Below, one piece after another: positions 37,651-51,771 of a DNA stretch of 64,000 nt (positions are counted from its first letter, which is position 1; each line of letters starts with the position of its first letter). This DNA comes from Felis catus (Eukaryota). The notes under the pieces are model-generated. The model was not told where the DNA came from and did not search any database. It was given only the letters and a program-made list of their open reading frames with translations. The stretch is taken from contig NC_058368.1 of the NCBI RefSeq assembly GCF_018350175.1, forward strand, positions 42,968,001 through 43,032,000. The letters are read 5' to 3'. The translations under genes and the position numbers were made by a program.

Positions 37651-40600
37651 ACCCCAGCTACTTCCCAGGGACCACACCTCAGAGGCAATATTGCTTTGTA
37701 GATACCTTCAAGGAGACTGCATAATAATCTTCAACAGTACAGATTCACTAGGCTTCTGGATATGAAATTAGTTCTGTTTTCTCCCTTTTCTAAGGCAAAT
37801 AGTGAATTATGGACCCAAACCTGAAGAGACAGTTGGATCTTCTTTTGCTTCCTTTCACTTGTGAGGAAACATGATCCTAGTCCCAGACTTCACCCAGAGT
37901 GCATCCACCTCTAGTCAGTGTCATCCTGTTTCCTTGTCAAGATTGAAGTTCCAGGCCCCATTATCTTCTCACAGTATCCAAAGATATACTTTTAGTTCCC
38001 ACTCACTAATGTGAGTTTTCCTCTGACCCATAAAATCAGTTTTAATGGACGGAGAAGACTATGGAAAACTTGAATATCATATTTAGAAAGTGGCAGAGAC
38101 TAATGTCTCTGAATAACTATGGACAAGATCTGCCATGTGGACCTGTTTTTATAGTCACCTTTGCTATAAGAGCAAAAGGAAGACTCTTGAGTTACATATT
38201 TGAAGATTGTTATCAGAGGTTATTCACCTGGGTTAATGGTAAATGGTAAACACTTGAGTGTTTTAAGGTTTTAGTAGCAACTTATTAAGTGTTGAATTTT
38301 CTGCTGCACTATGGTGATAAAAAGAGGATTGTGCTTTTTAATTTTTTTTTCCTTTGCTTCAAAAGATTTGTTTGGAGTCTACCCCAAACCAAATCCATCA
38401 GCATATGAATATGCAAAAAGCATTATATTTCTCATATAATACTGTTAAAAAATCCCCCCAATTAATTCAAAATTAGATAACCATCACTAATGTTTATTAA
38501 CTTTATTCTCCAAATGGTATAAGTTTGGCTTTGCACATGTAACAATCTGGAAGTAAAGATTTTGGAAGACTTACTGCTATCCTTATCATCCACCCAGAAG
38601 TTACGATTCCTTATCATTCCTTTCTAAAAATATGCACTTCTAAATTAGATAATATTCTTTTATGTAACAGTTTATTAAGACCTCAGAAGATTCTTTCTAG
38701 GTGAACTTATATGTTTGATTTTTTTGTTTTATTATTGATCATATGATCTGCATATAGTTTTTGAAGATTTGCTCTTAAGATGTAGTGTCTTTATAGTAAC
38801 ATGGATATGTTACTTGAAGGATGCCATCCATGTCAAATTTTATATCTGTGGACGTTTTTAACTTATTGTCAGTTTTTTTCTTTTGAAATAAAAAAAAAAC
38901 TTCTTAGGTAAACTCAAATATTTTATCTGAATCTTTAGAAAGCTCTTTTGCTCAATTAAATAAGGGAATATTTTGTTTGTTGAAGATTTCTTAATTTTAC
39001 TATTTTAGTATCTGTGATGATATGACTATTCCTTGTATTTATTTCACTTTTCTATCACTAGTCTGTTCTGTATTTTTGGTCAGAATTAAGTCCAATGTAT
39101 GATTGTCTCCTCTTATAATTTTTGCATTAAAACATACTGTTTATTTAATTTAGCAGTGTTGCAAATCTTGTGTTTAGCTTGTTGAACTGCTAAGTGGACA
39201 TTCAGATATTCGAAAATTTCCTTTTTTCAAAAACAATTTACATATATGTTTTTAACTGTGATAGAAAAACACACACTTTGCCTACCTAAAGCATGCTGTC
39301 TTGTGGCCACATGATAATACTCCACAGCTCTTACCTAGTCTTTTCCTTCTTTCCTTTGGAATAACTTTTAGAATGTTTTATGCCTGTGGATTCCTCTCTC
39401 TATTATCTATTTATCTAAATATCTATCTATGTTATCTATCATTTTTTACTATTACACCCGTACTCCAAATAATGGATGGGTTATTTGGGGGAGAAAGTTC
39501 ATTTTCTTTTATCATATTTCTGTTATGAATTCCATATACTAGAATCATTCTCAAGATTTACCTGGTGGATGGGCCCATGAATTTTGGTATCAACTCTCAC
39601 ATAGCTGTGAACTTTAAGATACTGAACTCTAAGCCACCAAATGTGTGTATCTGCATATGTGTGTGTATATATGTGTACATATGTAGATACTATTCATGTA
39701 GTCATAGGTATGTGAAGTGAGTAGTATGTCAGATGACTTCAATAAATGTTAACTATTTTTTTTATTTTCTATGAAGTTGTTTTAATACTTCTTTTGTTAA
39801 AATTCCCATACAAAGAAACATTGATATCTGGAATATGAAAGGTTTTACCTTTTTCCTATTATTTTCATCAAAAAAATTATTAGTCACATCACAATCTTCA
39901 TTTGTTTTCAATTCCTGTTCCCCACTCATACGTTTAATTTTATCTGAGTATATTTCTTTATCTTCCTTAAGCTTAAAATTCCATTGATCAGAGACAAAAA
40001 TAGTAACCAAAAATTCCCCTTTTTGATTTTGTTTTGTGTGCTCCAGTCCTTACCTAGGGATCATACTTTCAGAGTAACAGTGCTTCTTGACATTAAACAT
40101 TTCATAGAAGTTTGGATACCAATAGTTTTAGTTTTGGGAATTCTGCAGATTCCTTTTCTTTTTCCCCAAAATACTGATGTTTTTATGTAAGCGGAGCTCT
40201 CTGTTGACCTTAAAAATGCTTTTATCATCAGCAATGACATTTAGAGACTAAATTGTCTTGCATGACAGGAAAATATGTGATATATTATTTAGTTTTTTTC
40301 TATTATTTAACTTAAAAACAATTAGTTTTGCATAGTGATTTTATTCAATCTTCCCTTTCTAATGAAAGAAGATATTGAGAACTAATATCTTTCCTCTACA
40401 ATGACTGCATCCACATTATATTTCAAAACAGGAGTTAACTGTAATTTTCCAAGGAATTTCAGAAGCTTCTAGTGCTGTGCTATATATAATCATGCGACAT
40501 AGCATTTCTGTTCTGCTATACGGTTTGCAAAACATCCTCAAGTACATATAATTTGTACGAAGAAAATAATTTTTAAAAGACCAAAAATGTTCAGATCACA

Positions 40601-41261
40601 CCCTCTTAGCTGATGATATTGGGATGATTATTCTGGCTTCCTTTTGGGAATCAGTTCTCTAAGAAAAAGGAGTAATTGCTAATATTATTTTGCTTCTATA
40701 GCCCATCCTTGCAGACAACACCATTTTAACTCATTTCTTTCTATGTGAAATATCAAGAATAGTTATAATAACAGGTCATCAACTGTCACATGCATTATAA
40801 GGAGTGGCCCCAGGACATAAAGCATTAATCTTATAAATTTGAAAATGATTATACAACCTGATTGCAAATGTTGACCTCATAATATTTGGAAAACTGAGAC
40901 ACAGATAATCCACAGTGCGCAAAGACAAATGCTTACTTAAGCTATCCCCTGTTGCCTGAGATGAAGTGATTAGTGAAATATGGCTGCACTTAACTGTTAT
41001 GGTGGGCAAGGCCTATAGGAATAAGGGATTTGTTGATTACTTCTGATTGTACTGGAGAGTTTACTGAAAAGTAATATGAGGTTTCATTGTTAAATTATGA
41101 GATCAAGGTCTAATCAGAGAATAAGTTAGTTTCTGTGATGACACTAAATAAAAACAAAATATAGTCTTACAACAGAAGTAGAATTCCAAGCTCCATCCAG
41201 TGACTTATGTGAAATATTATTTGGTAAGAACTGGGGACTTGCAAATAGTAATTGAAGACAT

Positions 41262-41513
41262 TTATTTTAATTTTCTTAAGTTTATTTATTTATTTTGAGA
41301 GAGAGAAATAATTCAAGCAGTGTAGGAGTAGAGAGAGAGAGAGAGAGACAGACAGAGAGAGACAGAGAGACAGAGAGCTAGAGAGTATCCCAAGCAGACT
41401 CCACACTGTCAGCACAGAGCCCGACATGGGACTCGATCTCACAAACATGAGATCATGACTTGAGCCAAAATCAAGAGTTGGACACTTAACCGACTGAGCC
41501 ATTCAGGTGCTCC
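41262..41513 (-). mobile_element. Can-SINE
   Basis: Reverse SINE with GA tract and head ..cgactgagccattcaggtgctcc. Confidence 0.92.
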
Positions 41514-41972
41514 AATAATGAACAAATACTTCAGTTTAAATATAAAGAATATTAGGAAGCTTATCAGATAGTTGAGATGAAAGGGGACAGAGAAAAATTC
41601 AGTATAGAAAGAAGTAAAAACAAAATAGAATCTAAATTATCAGGCATATTCTCTGCATTCATTGCTCTTAGGCTTTGCATATTGCATGACCGGTACTCCC
41701 ATTTGTTAGTGAGCAGCCACGCTAAAAAATGGTGTCTATAATTTTTTGCTGCCTCTGTGTTCATTTCCTGATGAGCACATAGTTCCTAAATTTCATTTTT
41801 AAAATACCTATATTGCATGGACACTCCTGAGATCTTCCTAGTGGTGAAAAAGGTACCGAGATGACTTTGATATGAAATAATACAACTTCTTACTAAGTTT
41901 TTTTTCTCCTCTCTGATTTCAGCTTTTAGAGTCAATAACTTCAATGCATCAGAAAACCACAGAAGTTTTTCT

Positions 41973-42610
41973 TTCTTTCTTTTTCTTATTAATATAGTAT
42001 TTGTCTGTCTTCCCTCTGTCAAACTGACCCAGCCACTTTCCCCAGGCTGCCTGGGAGGTATAGAAAAAGGAACATACAGGGCTGACAAGACATGGGAAAA
42101 AGACCTATGGGAGGTGGAGAAAGCTCCTTCACATGGCAAAGAGGATGAGAAAGGCCACCATCAGGCAAAAGAGCCCCATGACCTCCGAAAGAGTAAAGCC
42201 CAGAATGGCATAGGAGAAGAGCTGTTGCTTCAGAGAAAGATTCCTGGCATAACCAATGATGAGGATTCCAAACACGGTCACAGTCACAGTCACAGAGCCA
42301 GCCACTACTACCAAGGCAGACCCAGCCCCTGTGAACTTGGCTGCTATATCAATGCCCCTTGAAATGGCACTGATTTGGAAGCTGTAGCTAGGAGTAAATG
42401 AGGTCAGGGGACATGGGGTTGCCAAGCTGCTGAGGCTCTTATCTGTCAGTATCTCTGGTGGTTTTAGCACCACTGCAGACAGTGATCCGCTCAACAGCTG
42501 AGTAGTGCTCCTGACCAAGAAGGGGGTAGAGAAGGACTTTGCATGGGTGTACATTTTCAGGGAATGAGGTACTATGGCAGGAGAGATGCTCCTAGTGCAG
42601 AGAAGACAGT
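41973..42610 (-). pseudogene. ATP5MC2: Processed retrocopy of ATP synthase F0 c subunit P2; open 141-codon frame at 42554-42129
   Basis: Intronless [42 protein letters not shown] (P2-type presequence) plus mature ..[45 protein letters not shown]; 3'UTR; A-rich tail at 41973-41987; TSD cacagaagtttttct (41958) / caaagtagtttttct (42611). Confidence 0.95.
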
Positions 42611-45120
42611 CAAAGTAGTTTTTCTGATTCACATTAATCTGACAAAAAGGAGCAACTCCCTGCTATTAAGGGTCAGGCACTCAATAGCACCTTTACAGTC
42701 TTAGAAACTCTCAATATTATCAGGTAATTAGGCATTCAGGGAACTCTTGCTGTATATGTCAGGTTTAGAAATATTCCATTTTTTGTAGTTACCTGAAGAT
42801 GTAGACACCTTTTTGACTTTGTAATTGTATGGTCATGCATTCTGATTTTTTCCACAATATGAAATGTTCCCTGCGGTGCTTATTCTAAACTATCAGTGAT
42901 GATGACCACAATGGACTGCCAGTTACTTTTATTTACCATTAAAATCCCCACAAATGGAGAGAGCTTTGCATAGACTATTTAGAAATTGCTTACCAACAGC
43001 CTTCCCAATTAAATAATTTTAAATCGTACATTCTTACTGTCAGGCTTTAAAACCTACAAACAAAATGCTGCATTTGATTCACAAAATATATACAAATGGT
43101 AATGGTAGTGGTAAAGCAGTGTGAAGCAGCTTGACTTCTCTTTTATATATCTATAAAAATAGGAGAAATGAGTAAATATCTTAAAAAGATTTGAAATTTA
43201 GCAAGTGATATTTATTACTTCTGCTTTGCATTCACCATCGTCTGCAAATGTGAATAAAAAGATCTATGTGCAATAGAAAATATCTGTAGTTCACTTGTCA
43301 AATGAAGGAGCAGAGGAACTTTTACTAAGATCTAGCTAAGGGTGTCCAAATGCAATTCCACTGAAGACTGCCTCAGTCATCATTTTCTCAAGCCAGGTTC
43401 AAAAGGGTGAAGTCACTTTTTCAAACAAAATTTTAATTATTGCATATGCCCTTTCAAGTCAGTGAAAAACAACCACCTTTCCTCTCATCAAGTAATTGTG
43501 TTCAATGTCTACAGAGGACACCAGGCTCCAATAGTTCTAGCTGATATACAGACACGTTGTGCTAGTGTTGAATAATGTTCTTATTTTGGATGTGTCAAGG
43601 CCAAAGTAGCAAGCTTAATTTAAACATATAGCAAAGCATCAGTTTGTTTTCATTTTAAAGTAGAGTTACCAAATTGAAGACCGTTACTATAATAAAACTG
43701 TTAAAACAAATTGACAGTCAATATTCTTAAACTTTAATTTGATTAATCCCACTCTTAGCAATTGCGCTATTGCATTATGTATGATCCTTGGTTATGCAAT
43801 GAAGGAATGAGTAGAGAGTTTCCATGAGTAAATTTTTAACTTCATATTGAACTTTGCAACATATCAGTACTACTTAGAGATTCTATGTTCAATAAATGCA
43901 TTATATTATTGTATTTGTCATGACTAAAAGGATGATGTGAACATTCCCAGGTTTATATAACTTTAAAGGTATAAATAAACAACCTGATTGTATAATGAAT
44001 AATCAGAAAATCTTTAATTTTAAATACAGTTAACTAATGTTCTTAATCATACTGTAGACTAGTAAGTAATTTGATTTAACAATAGCAAGAAAAATAATCT
44101 TAAAAAGTAAATAAGAAATCTGTTTCTTAAGTGATCAGAGTAACTTTTATCCTTTAAAATAACCAGTATATGAATCTGTCATACTATAGTTTGTTAATTA
44201 ATATTGATTTATAATGATAGGAAGGAAATAATAATATAAGTAATTCTCAGATGCTAAAGTGACATGTTTATCATAAGTATATTCATAAAAATAATATGAT
44301 GCCTCTGAACTAATTGGTTACTCTTAGGATATTATATTTTTAATCATATATGCCATTTTCTGTATTTGATAATATAATATTTACCCAGTTTAATAAATTA
44401 CTGTCTATTCAGAAAAACTAAGTGTTATTTCACAAAGGCCTAAGGCAATTGTATCAATATGAATATTTTCAACTTCAGAGCAATGATTCTGACAGATTAG
44501 AAGAGTAAATTCATATAATAGAGTGTCATGATCCAAATAAAATCTAATCACTTAGGGTAAAATTATACCCTATCTATGGAAGGAAGACTAGAATCTTAAA
44601 GCACTATTCTTATGAAAGTTAATTTACTTTCGGTGTGATTTTTGTATTTATCTTTTTCAGCATATTACTGAACTAATGGAAAACAAAACCGATGTGTGGG
44701 ATGATTAGTTACAGTTATACTACATTCGCCTTCAAATTATGGATCTTTGAAAAAATAGACTGGTGTGCAATAAATTGATTTTCATGTCTTTTTGGCATCC
44801 TTTATTTAATAATTTGTGTTTTCCATTGATATATGACTTTGTTACTTAAGTTTTTTAGTTTTAAATCAATAAGCATATTAAATAGAAGAAGAAAATAAAC
44901 AAGTGTTTGAATTAAGCATCAACACTGTCTGTTTCTATTATCCCTTGCTTTTGTAATGTCATCCGAGCTTCTCCTAGTTCAGCAAATTAATACAATGATA
45001 TTTTCTGGACTTACTAGATAAAATATAGATGTAAATAAAGTATCTTAGTTTAGAGATGTTTCCAGATTGGCTATAAAGATACTCGAAGGAAATAAACTCA
45101 TCTTCAATAAATCTAGAGAG

Positions 45121-45172
45121 ACAGATAGGTAGGTAGATAGATAGATAGATAGATATGGATGGAGATAGATAT
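45121..45172. repeat. (GATA)n-like microsatellite
   Basis: Seen directly. Confidence 0.85.
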
Positions 45173-46016
45173 ATCTAAACTGACCATTCATAGCAGCTCA
45201 AGTTATTTGTAATCTATTCTGTTATATACATGTCTATATTTAGTAAAGGCAATATTTTAGGTTGAAAGGAGATAGGGCTAAGTCAAAATAAAAGTGAAGA
45301 TGTAAAAGAGTAATCCATTGGTGGTCTAATCTTGAAATGTGAACAAGGTGAATGTGAGGGCCAGGTCAAGGCATTTTGCCTAGTTTTATCATGGGTAAAA
45401 TTAAGCTGTATAATACTGTGTATGGGAAATAGAAATGAAAGTTGACCTGTGTGCACAGAGTATTTTTCCAATTAGTAAAGCCAAATAATTCTTTGTTTCT
45501 TTGTCTTTGAGAGGTTGGTCACCTTGGTAACAGTGAATACCAAACCCAGACTTTGGCTAATTATTAGATAATTGCATAGTTGCCTACAGCATTTCCATAA
45601 ACCTTAGGCATGTCTGGCCCTTTGCTTTCAAGCCTATAAGTATGGCCTACTGTGCTTACATATACTCCTATCAATTGCATAGTGATAAGGAAACAGAAAA
45701 ATCATACAGAGTGCTTTTGCTGGGTCAGGTGATAATAGTTCCAAATGAGTACCTTGAGCACCTTCATTCCACTTCACACTGTATGTTAAATTCATAGATG
45801 CTTGGCCTTGTATATTTTCTATGTTGTCAGCATTCTGGGAAGCAAATTGATATCTTGGTTAGAAATGGTCAAATTGAGTGCCATCTGTTACAGTGAAGGA
45901 CAACTTTCAGGCTAACTTTTATTGAGTGTGAGTTGGAGTTTTCATTATAGTAGCAAAGTTGAGAACCATTTCTAATAGGCCCAAGGGGTAGTGTTTTTCT
46001 AATATTATTTTCCTCA

Positions 46017-46208
46017 TTTTTTTAAAAAAAGTTTATTTATTTATTGGGAGGGGGGAGGGCAAAGAGACAGAGGGAGAGAGAATCCTAAGCAGGCTCCATG
46101 CTGTCAGCACAGAGCCAATGCAGGGCTTGATCTCATGAACCATGAGATTATGACCTGAGCCAAAATCAAGAGTTGAACACTTAACTGACTAAGTTATCCA
46201 GGCACCCC
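46017..46208 (-). mobile_element. Can-SINE
   Basis: Reverse SINE; TSD-like atttttcctca / attttttctca. Confidence 0.9.
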
Positions 46209-46431
46209 ATTTTTTCTCAATTTTTATAGGTTCTTCCCTCAAAAATTGTTGTAAATGACATGTGTAAGAATTTTTTTTTCAAACTGAATTGGCAGAAAAT
46301 AATTGCCCATCAAAGTTGAAGAAAGGCTGTCTAACAGACATATTCTCAGAAATCAAAGAACTAATATGTTAATTATCAAATGATAATGTGTAGAACATCT
46401 AGAGTGAAGCTCTATAGAAAAGTTGTAAACA

Positions 46432-46652
46432 GGGGCGCCTGGGTGGCGCAGTCGGTTAAGCGTCCGACTTCAGCCAGGTCACGATCTCCCGGTCCCTGAG
46501 TTCGAGCCCCGCGTCAGGCTCTGGGCTGATGGCTCAGAGCCTGGAGCCTGTTTCCGATTCTGTGTCTCCCTCTCTCTCTGCCCCTCCCCCGTTCATGCTC
46601 TGTCTCTCTCTGTCCCAAAAATAAATAAACGTTGAAAAAAAAAAAAAAGAAA
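46432..46652 (+). mobile_element. Young felid SINE (SINEC_Fc-type), CpG-rich
   Basis: ggggcgcctgggtggcgcagtcggttaagcgtccgacttcagccaggtcacgatctc..gagttcgagccccgcgtcagg; intact A/B boxes, long poly(A); TSD agaaaagttgtaaa(c/t)a. Confidence 0.97.
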
Positions 46653-46789
46653 AGAAAAGTTGTAAATAGCATTTGATCAACTTAAAAAAAAATGTCCTTG
46701 CTTATCTCATTGACATTCATGCTTATATTTGGTACTCTGTTGTGGCACTATTTCTATAATGGATTATCATCTTATAAAATACAAACAAT

Positions 46790-46986
46790 TTTTAATTTTT
46801 TGCTCATTTATTTATTTGTTTTTTAGAGAGAGAAAGAGGGCACATGAGTAGGGGAGTGAGAATCTTAAGCAGGCTCTAAACCCAGTATGGAGCCTGATAT
46901 GGGGCTCAATCTCATGACCATTAGATCATGATCTGAGCTGAAATCAAGAGTTGGATGCTTAACTTACTGAGCCACCGAGGTGCCCC
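46790..46986 (-). mobile_element. Can-SINE
   Basis: Reverse SINE ending gagccaccgaggtgcccc. Confidence 0.88.
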
Positions 46987-47878
46987 ACATAAAATTTTTT
47001 AAATAAGCAAATAATAGAACAAAATGTAAACTAAGAATCCTAATCTGATAAACACTATCTTTGAGTCAAGTTTTTTTCAAACTTGGTGAAGCATTTTAAA
47101 TATCTTTCATACACCCTTTTTGCCATATAGGGAATCCTACGTGTAACTTTACTTGTTTAGAAAGAGAAAAGTGTCCTTAATCCATTTCTTTAGTAAGTAT
47201 ATTTGAAACCAATTTCAAATAAGTAAACAAGAACAGAGTTCTTCAAGTTCTATCATAGATCCTGCTTCTTTGCAATTTATGCTGTAAGATCTTGGATTGG
47301 TAGTTTTTGATGAGGTGTGATATGTGGAGTCTGTTATGATGTAATGTTCCCAGTCCCAGGACCCATCCTATATGAACAACACAAAATGAAATAAACACAA
47401 TTTAAAATAAAGGAAAATATGTCTGATGAGACCATTGGACATCTTTCATAATTCAATCCTTTTTAATGTGACACAAAGCAATATACTTTATTCATACATA
47501 CTTACAAATTGCATAATTGTGTGACCTAACATCTTCTCTGGAAGACCTTTATTCATTTTCTTCTGCTAACAATCACTTCTTTGTTGGCCTATCCTTCATA
47601 TTTATAATAATGTTAATGCTTTTTGTTTTTATAACTAATATGTGAGAAGGAAGATAATTTTTTTAAGATTGAGAACGATGATATGTTTGATGCTAAGGAG
47701 GTAGGAGAAAAAATGGGGAAAATGTTTTTTGTTTGCAGGCAGCTTAATTTTGTTACTTACCTTCATGGAAAAAATCAGAATAAGTGTAGGGTAAACTATG
47801 CAAATGATTTAATCTAAATAGATTTGGGAACTTTTTTAGTAGCTAAATTGAGAATTATATTCTAAATATGATAGGGGA

Positions 47879-48272
47879 TGTTAAAGAAGAGACAACAAAT
47901 ACAAAATGGAGTCATTTGTGCTAAACCTACATCAGCAGACTTATTACCTGAGACTTATTACTTACCCAAATTGTGGTTTCACCCTCTACCAGAAATCTTA
48001 ACTGGTCAGTGTGGAATTTCCTGGTCAGCACTAGTGAGGTAATGTGCCTGATAGACCCCTGCCATCTCCCAAAGAAGAGTGACTCTGCTTGAAACAATCT
48101 ACTCTGCTAGTAACTTCTTTGTCCCATCTCCCACCTATCAGAGCCTTTCATTTTGTAAAGCTCTTTGGAGCTTCTTCCTGTCTGCTAGATGGGATGCTGC
48201 CTGAGAAATGGATCATTGAATAAAACCAGTAAGATCTTTAAAATGTACTCAGTCCAATTTTGTCTTTTAACA
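47879..48272 (+). mobile_element. ERV1 solo LTR (MER34-like)
   Basis: tgttaaa...tttaaca inverted termini, aaaatggagtc start motif, AATAAA near the 3' end, 4-bp TSD ggga (47875-47878 / 48273-48276). Confidence 0.85.
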
Positions 48273-51200
48273 GGGATTCCCCCCCCCCAAAACCCAGGAT
48301 AGCACTTCACTTAAAGAAGGAATAAAGAACAAGTATTCTAGGAGGTCCAGGAAAACTGAAGAGAATTGAAGGAAGTAATATGAAAGCTACTGAAGTTTTG
48401 AGGTGTTCCAGTTGTGGGACCATAGTGCCCAAAGACAAAACATATCAAAGCGAAACATTCCCGCTGGCTTAGTGCTACAAACCCCAGAAGTACATTCATG
48501 TGGGAGAAGGCAGTCCCCACATTATTAATAAGCTTAAAAATAGATTGAAATTAATCTCCTTTAGGTTATCTGACTTCTTTTATATTCTGTTCTCTCCCTT
48601 GTGTTTAATATCACTGGGTTTTAATCAGATTACTGAAAAATGTTCTGAACCCAGGTTAGGATTTAGCATGAAAACAACGGAAGAAGAGAGAAAGCAAGTT
48701 TTTTGAGTAAGGTATTTCAAATAACTCACCACAATGAAAGTGATGAGGACTCCTGAAGGGCAGAGAGAAGCAGAGGAAACTCATGTATTTGACACAAGAA
48801 AAGCTGAGTAGCCAGAAGAGTTAGTCAGAGAGAAGGTGCTGGGGATAAAACGTTGGCAACAACTCCCTTAGGAACTGCACTCTGAAAATCCAAGGTTTAA
48901 TACAAGCTTTTTTCATTAGTCTAAGTGTTTCTGCACAAATAACTTGTCATTATAATTCAGTTTAATCTTAGAAATTGGAGGGGCAAAAGACCTGTGAGGT
49001 CATAGTGCCTGTCACTCTGGTGCAAAATAGAAACAATGGTTCTAGATACAGGATTGCATAAATTAACATAGAAATAGAAAATATAGAACTATTTTTTTTT
49101 CTACAAAAAGATTTAAGAAGTACAATGTTTACTTTAGATTTTTCTTTTTTAATTGAGATCTTTGGGCAATAGGGCTCTTCAATAAAGGCTGAGGCGAGTG
49201 TTTTAGGACAAATAGTAGGAATGGTAAACAGCATCATGGTGTAAGGACCCATGGATAAGAGACTGACCTATTTTACTCTGTAACTTTGATACTGATGCTT
49301 AATCCCTCCCTGCAAGAGTTGCAATTAAAAATAGCAGTAGGATGCTATCTCAGATCATTGCTATGGAGAGCATTAAGCTATAAACTACATTTTAAACTAC
49401 TCTTTAAATGTATTCTGTTAAGAGAAATCCAGATGGTATAATTTATTTCCCTTCATATACAGTGGGAAACAATTGGTGTAACTGATAAGAAAACATGACT
49501 GATTGATAGGCATATTCAGATATGCTGATCCAAAATGCTCTGATCTTATGGTAGCTTTTGTTTGTTGTTTTACATTCAGAGGAAGAAAAAAAGCAGAAGA
49601 GTATTAAATCACAAACAAACCACTCAGCTCCCAAACTGCATAAATATTATAGAAGAGTGAAGATATGAATTATCTGAAAATTGTTTCTATGCTTTGGACT
49701 GTAAAACAATGTGGCATCCATAAATAATTTTACCCTCAGTATTTGTTCTGTCTTTGAAAATTTAAGTCGTAGAATCTCTTTTCATCTCTAATTTCAGATC
49801 ACATTTATTTCACTTACCTCTTCATTTAGCTGACAGTGATAATATGCCTGTAAAATATCATTTTTTTGATCATGTGTTTTTGACAGACACGTTTTTGTTT
49901 CTTTTCCCTGTTTCTCTAGGCTAGCATTCTGTCTAGATGATGTACCCCTGCTGGTGATGTCAGTCATCAAACACTATAGCAAATGATGGGAGATCAAAGG
50001 AAGCAGGAGATGGTTTAAGTGATCAATCAATTTAATATGTAGGTTGTTGAGGCATGGAAATATTCCAACCAACTGTAGCATTCCTGGCCAGATTTAGATA
50101 TATGAACTGCATGTGTATGGGTTTAACTGAGAAATATGATTTGATGATTTATATACTATTTTTTTCTTTTCATGGCAGTTTAATTCCAGTACTATCCTAC
50201 TGAGATTTCTAGATCTTTTCCCTTGGGAGATGTAGTGATGGTCCCATAATTTACTTTTTATGGTCTATTGAAGAGAAAAAGAGAGCCCAGAGTTTTTATT
50301 TGTTAATCAAAAAATGTTGTATGATGACAACAGTTTTTTTTTAAATAAAGGTGCATGCAAGTTTCAAAAGTGTCACCATTCAATTTTCTCAACAACTGAG
50401 TAATATGAATCTAAGAAGCAAGATTGCAGAGAAGGTTATATACAAGAGAGCTATTCACAAGCCTTTATATTGAAAACTCATAAGATGGATGTAAGTAACA
50501 GGGAATTTTAACTTTAGACAAATAATAGCAATTTCTAAGATCTTTGAGGTAAAGCATTATAATTACAAATGGAATAAGTGTTCTTGAGCAGTCTTAAGAA
50601 TAATTGTAAGTTTAAGTGATTAGGGTCTGCAAATAGCATCTCTAACTGCATATCAAAGAACAAGTATAAACTATGTTCAGCCTGGGATGGGCTGTTAGTA
50701 ATTTATTAGTCTTTTCATCCTCACAGAGATAATGATCTTCATCTTAAGTATTCTAGTTGGATTTGAATAGCTGCAATATACAATAGGCATGTACATTTAA
50801 AATTATTTTGCACTAATTGATTAATTTAAGTGCCCTCCCCCTGACCCTTTTGGTTGGGATGAAGTCCCACTCTTAACTTAAGATCTCCATCTAAAAATTT
50901 ATTTACTATTTGCATAAGGTTCTTTGTGTGGAACATCTTGGAATCTCATCTGAATCCTAGCTGCCTTTACCTACCTTCTCCTCTTAGGAATCCTTATGTA
51001 TCACAGCTTTCACAAATGAGGCTTGAATGCGAAAACAGCGTCTGTTCTTTCTGTCTGAAAACTATTATTTTCTGGATGTGGCTGTGGAATGTTCTGCCTG
51101 ATACAGTTAACTTGGGCTATTGTGTTGACAAAAATTTTGCCCTCTATACTACATCAACAATTATCCTGGATTGAGGATTGACAGATTTATGAAATTTGTT

Positions 51201-51330
51201 CCACGTGTACTATGAGACATACTTATACTAAAGATATTTATGTGCAATTCAAACTTAAATGGGCATCTTGTATTTTATATGACAACTTAAAGGACAAATA
51301 CAAATTAAAAATAAGTGGTGTAATACTATC

Positions 51331-51771
51331 TGTTGAAAATAAGGGAGAAGAAAAGAGAAAAGGAGGGAGTGATTTCCTTCTCCTCTTTTTTCGTGGAACA
51401 TTTTCCTTAGAAAACATGCAGTTGTAAGCACTTTCCCATCTCTTTGAAATGTATATACTTTCTTTTGAAGACTAGAGAGGTCCTTTTTTAACTGGCTTTT
51501 GTCACTTCTTATGTCCCAAGGATGTCTTTCTCAGGAATCTGGGAGTCATCTCTTTGAAACATCAAGGGAGATCCGGGTTTCTGTGGGAAGGTTGAAGCCT
51601 AATTTCAGTGAGCATGTTGTTCCTCATTGCAAAACTGCTTCCTATCATGAAGCTATGAAAAGGTTGTTTTCCTCTGGAGAAAGACACCAAGTGAAAACAA
51701 ATAGTCCCCTCAACTGCCAGATGAGTCTAGGATGAAGTGTAGTGTTGTCAAGTCCTCTTACTTTAGGACTA
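51331..51771 (+). mobile_element. ERV1-type LTR fragment (MER31/MER67-like)
   Basis: tgttgaaaat start; ttagaaaac..gttgtaag..tctctttgaaatgtatat..caaggatgtctttctcaggaatctgggagtcatctctttgaaacatcaagggaga; family name from recall. Confidence 0.55.

Noticed and set aside
42555..42632. 26-aa N-terminal extension of the ATP5MC2 ORF in the track
   Set aside because: It starts at a GTG outside the TSD and runs through 5'UTR and flank; the real start is the ATG at 42554.
46432..46510. tRNA-like A/B boxes
   Set aside because: These are tRNA-derived SINE heads, not tRNA genes.
49885..50020. Strong splice-acceptor-like site (tttcttttccctgtttctctag|g); similar at about 44660
   Set aside because: No convincing open exon or donor follows; a non-coding exon cannot be excluded but is unsupported.
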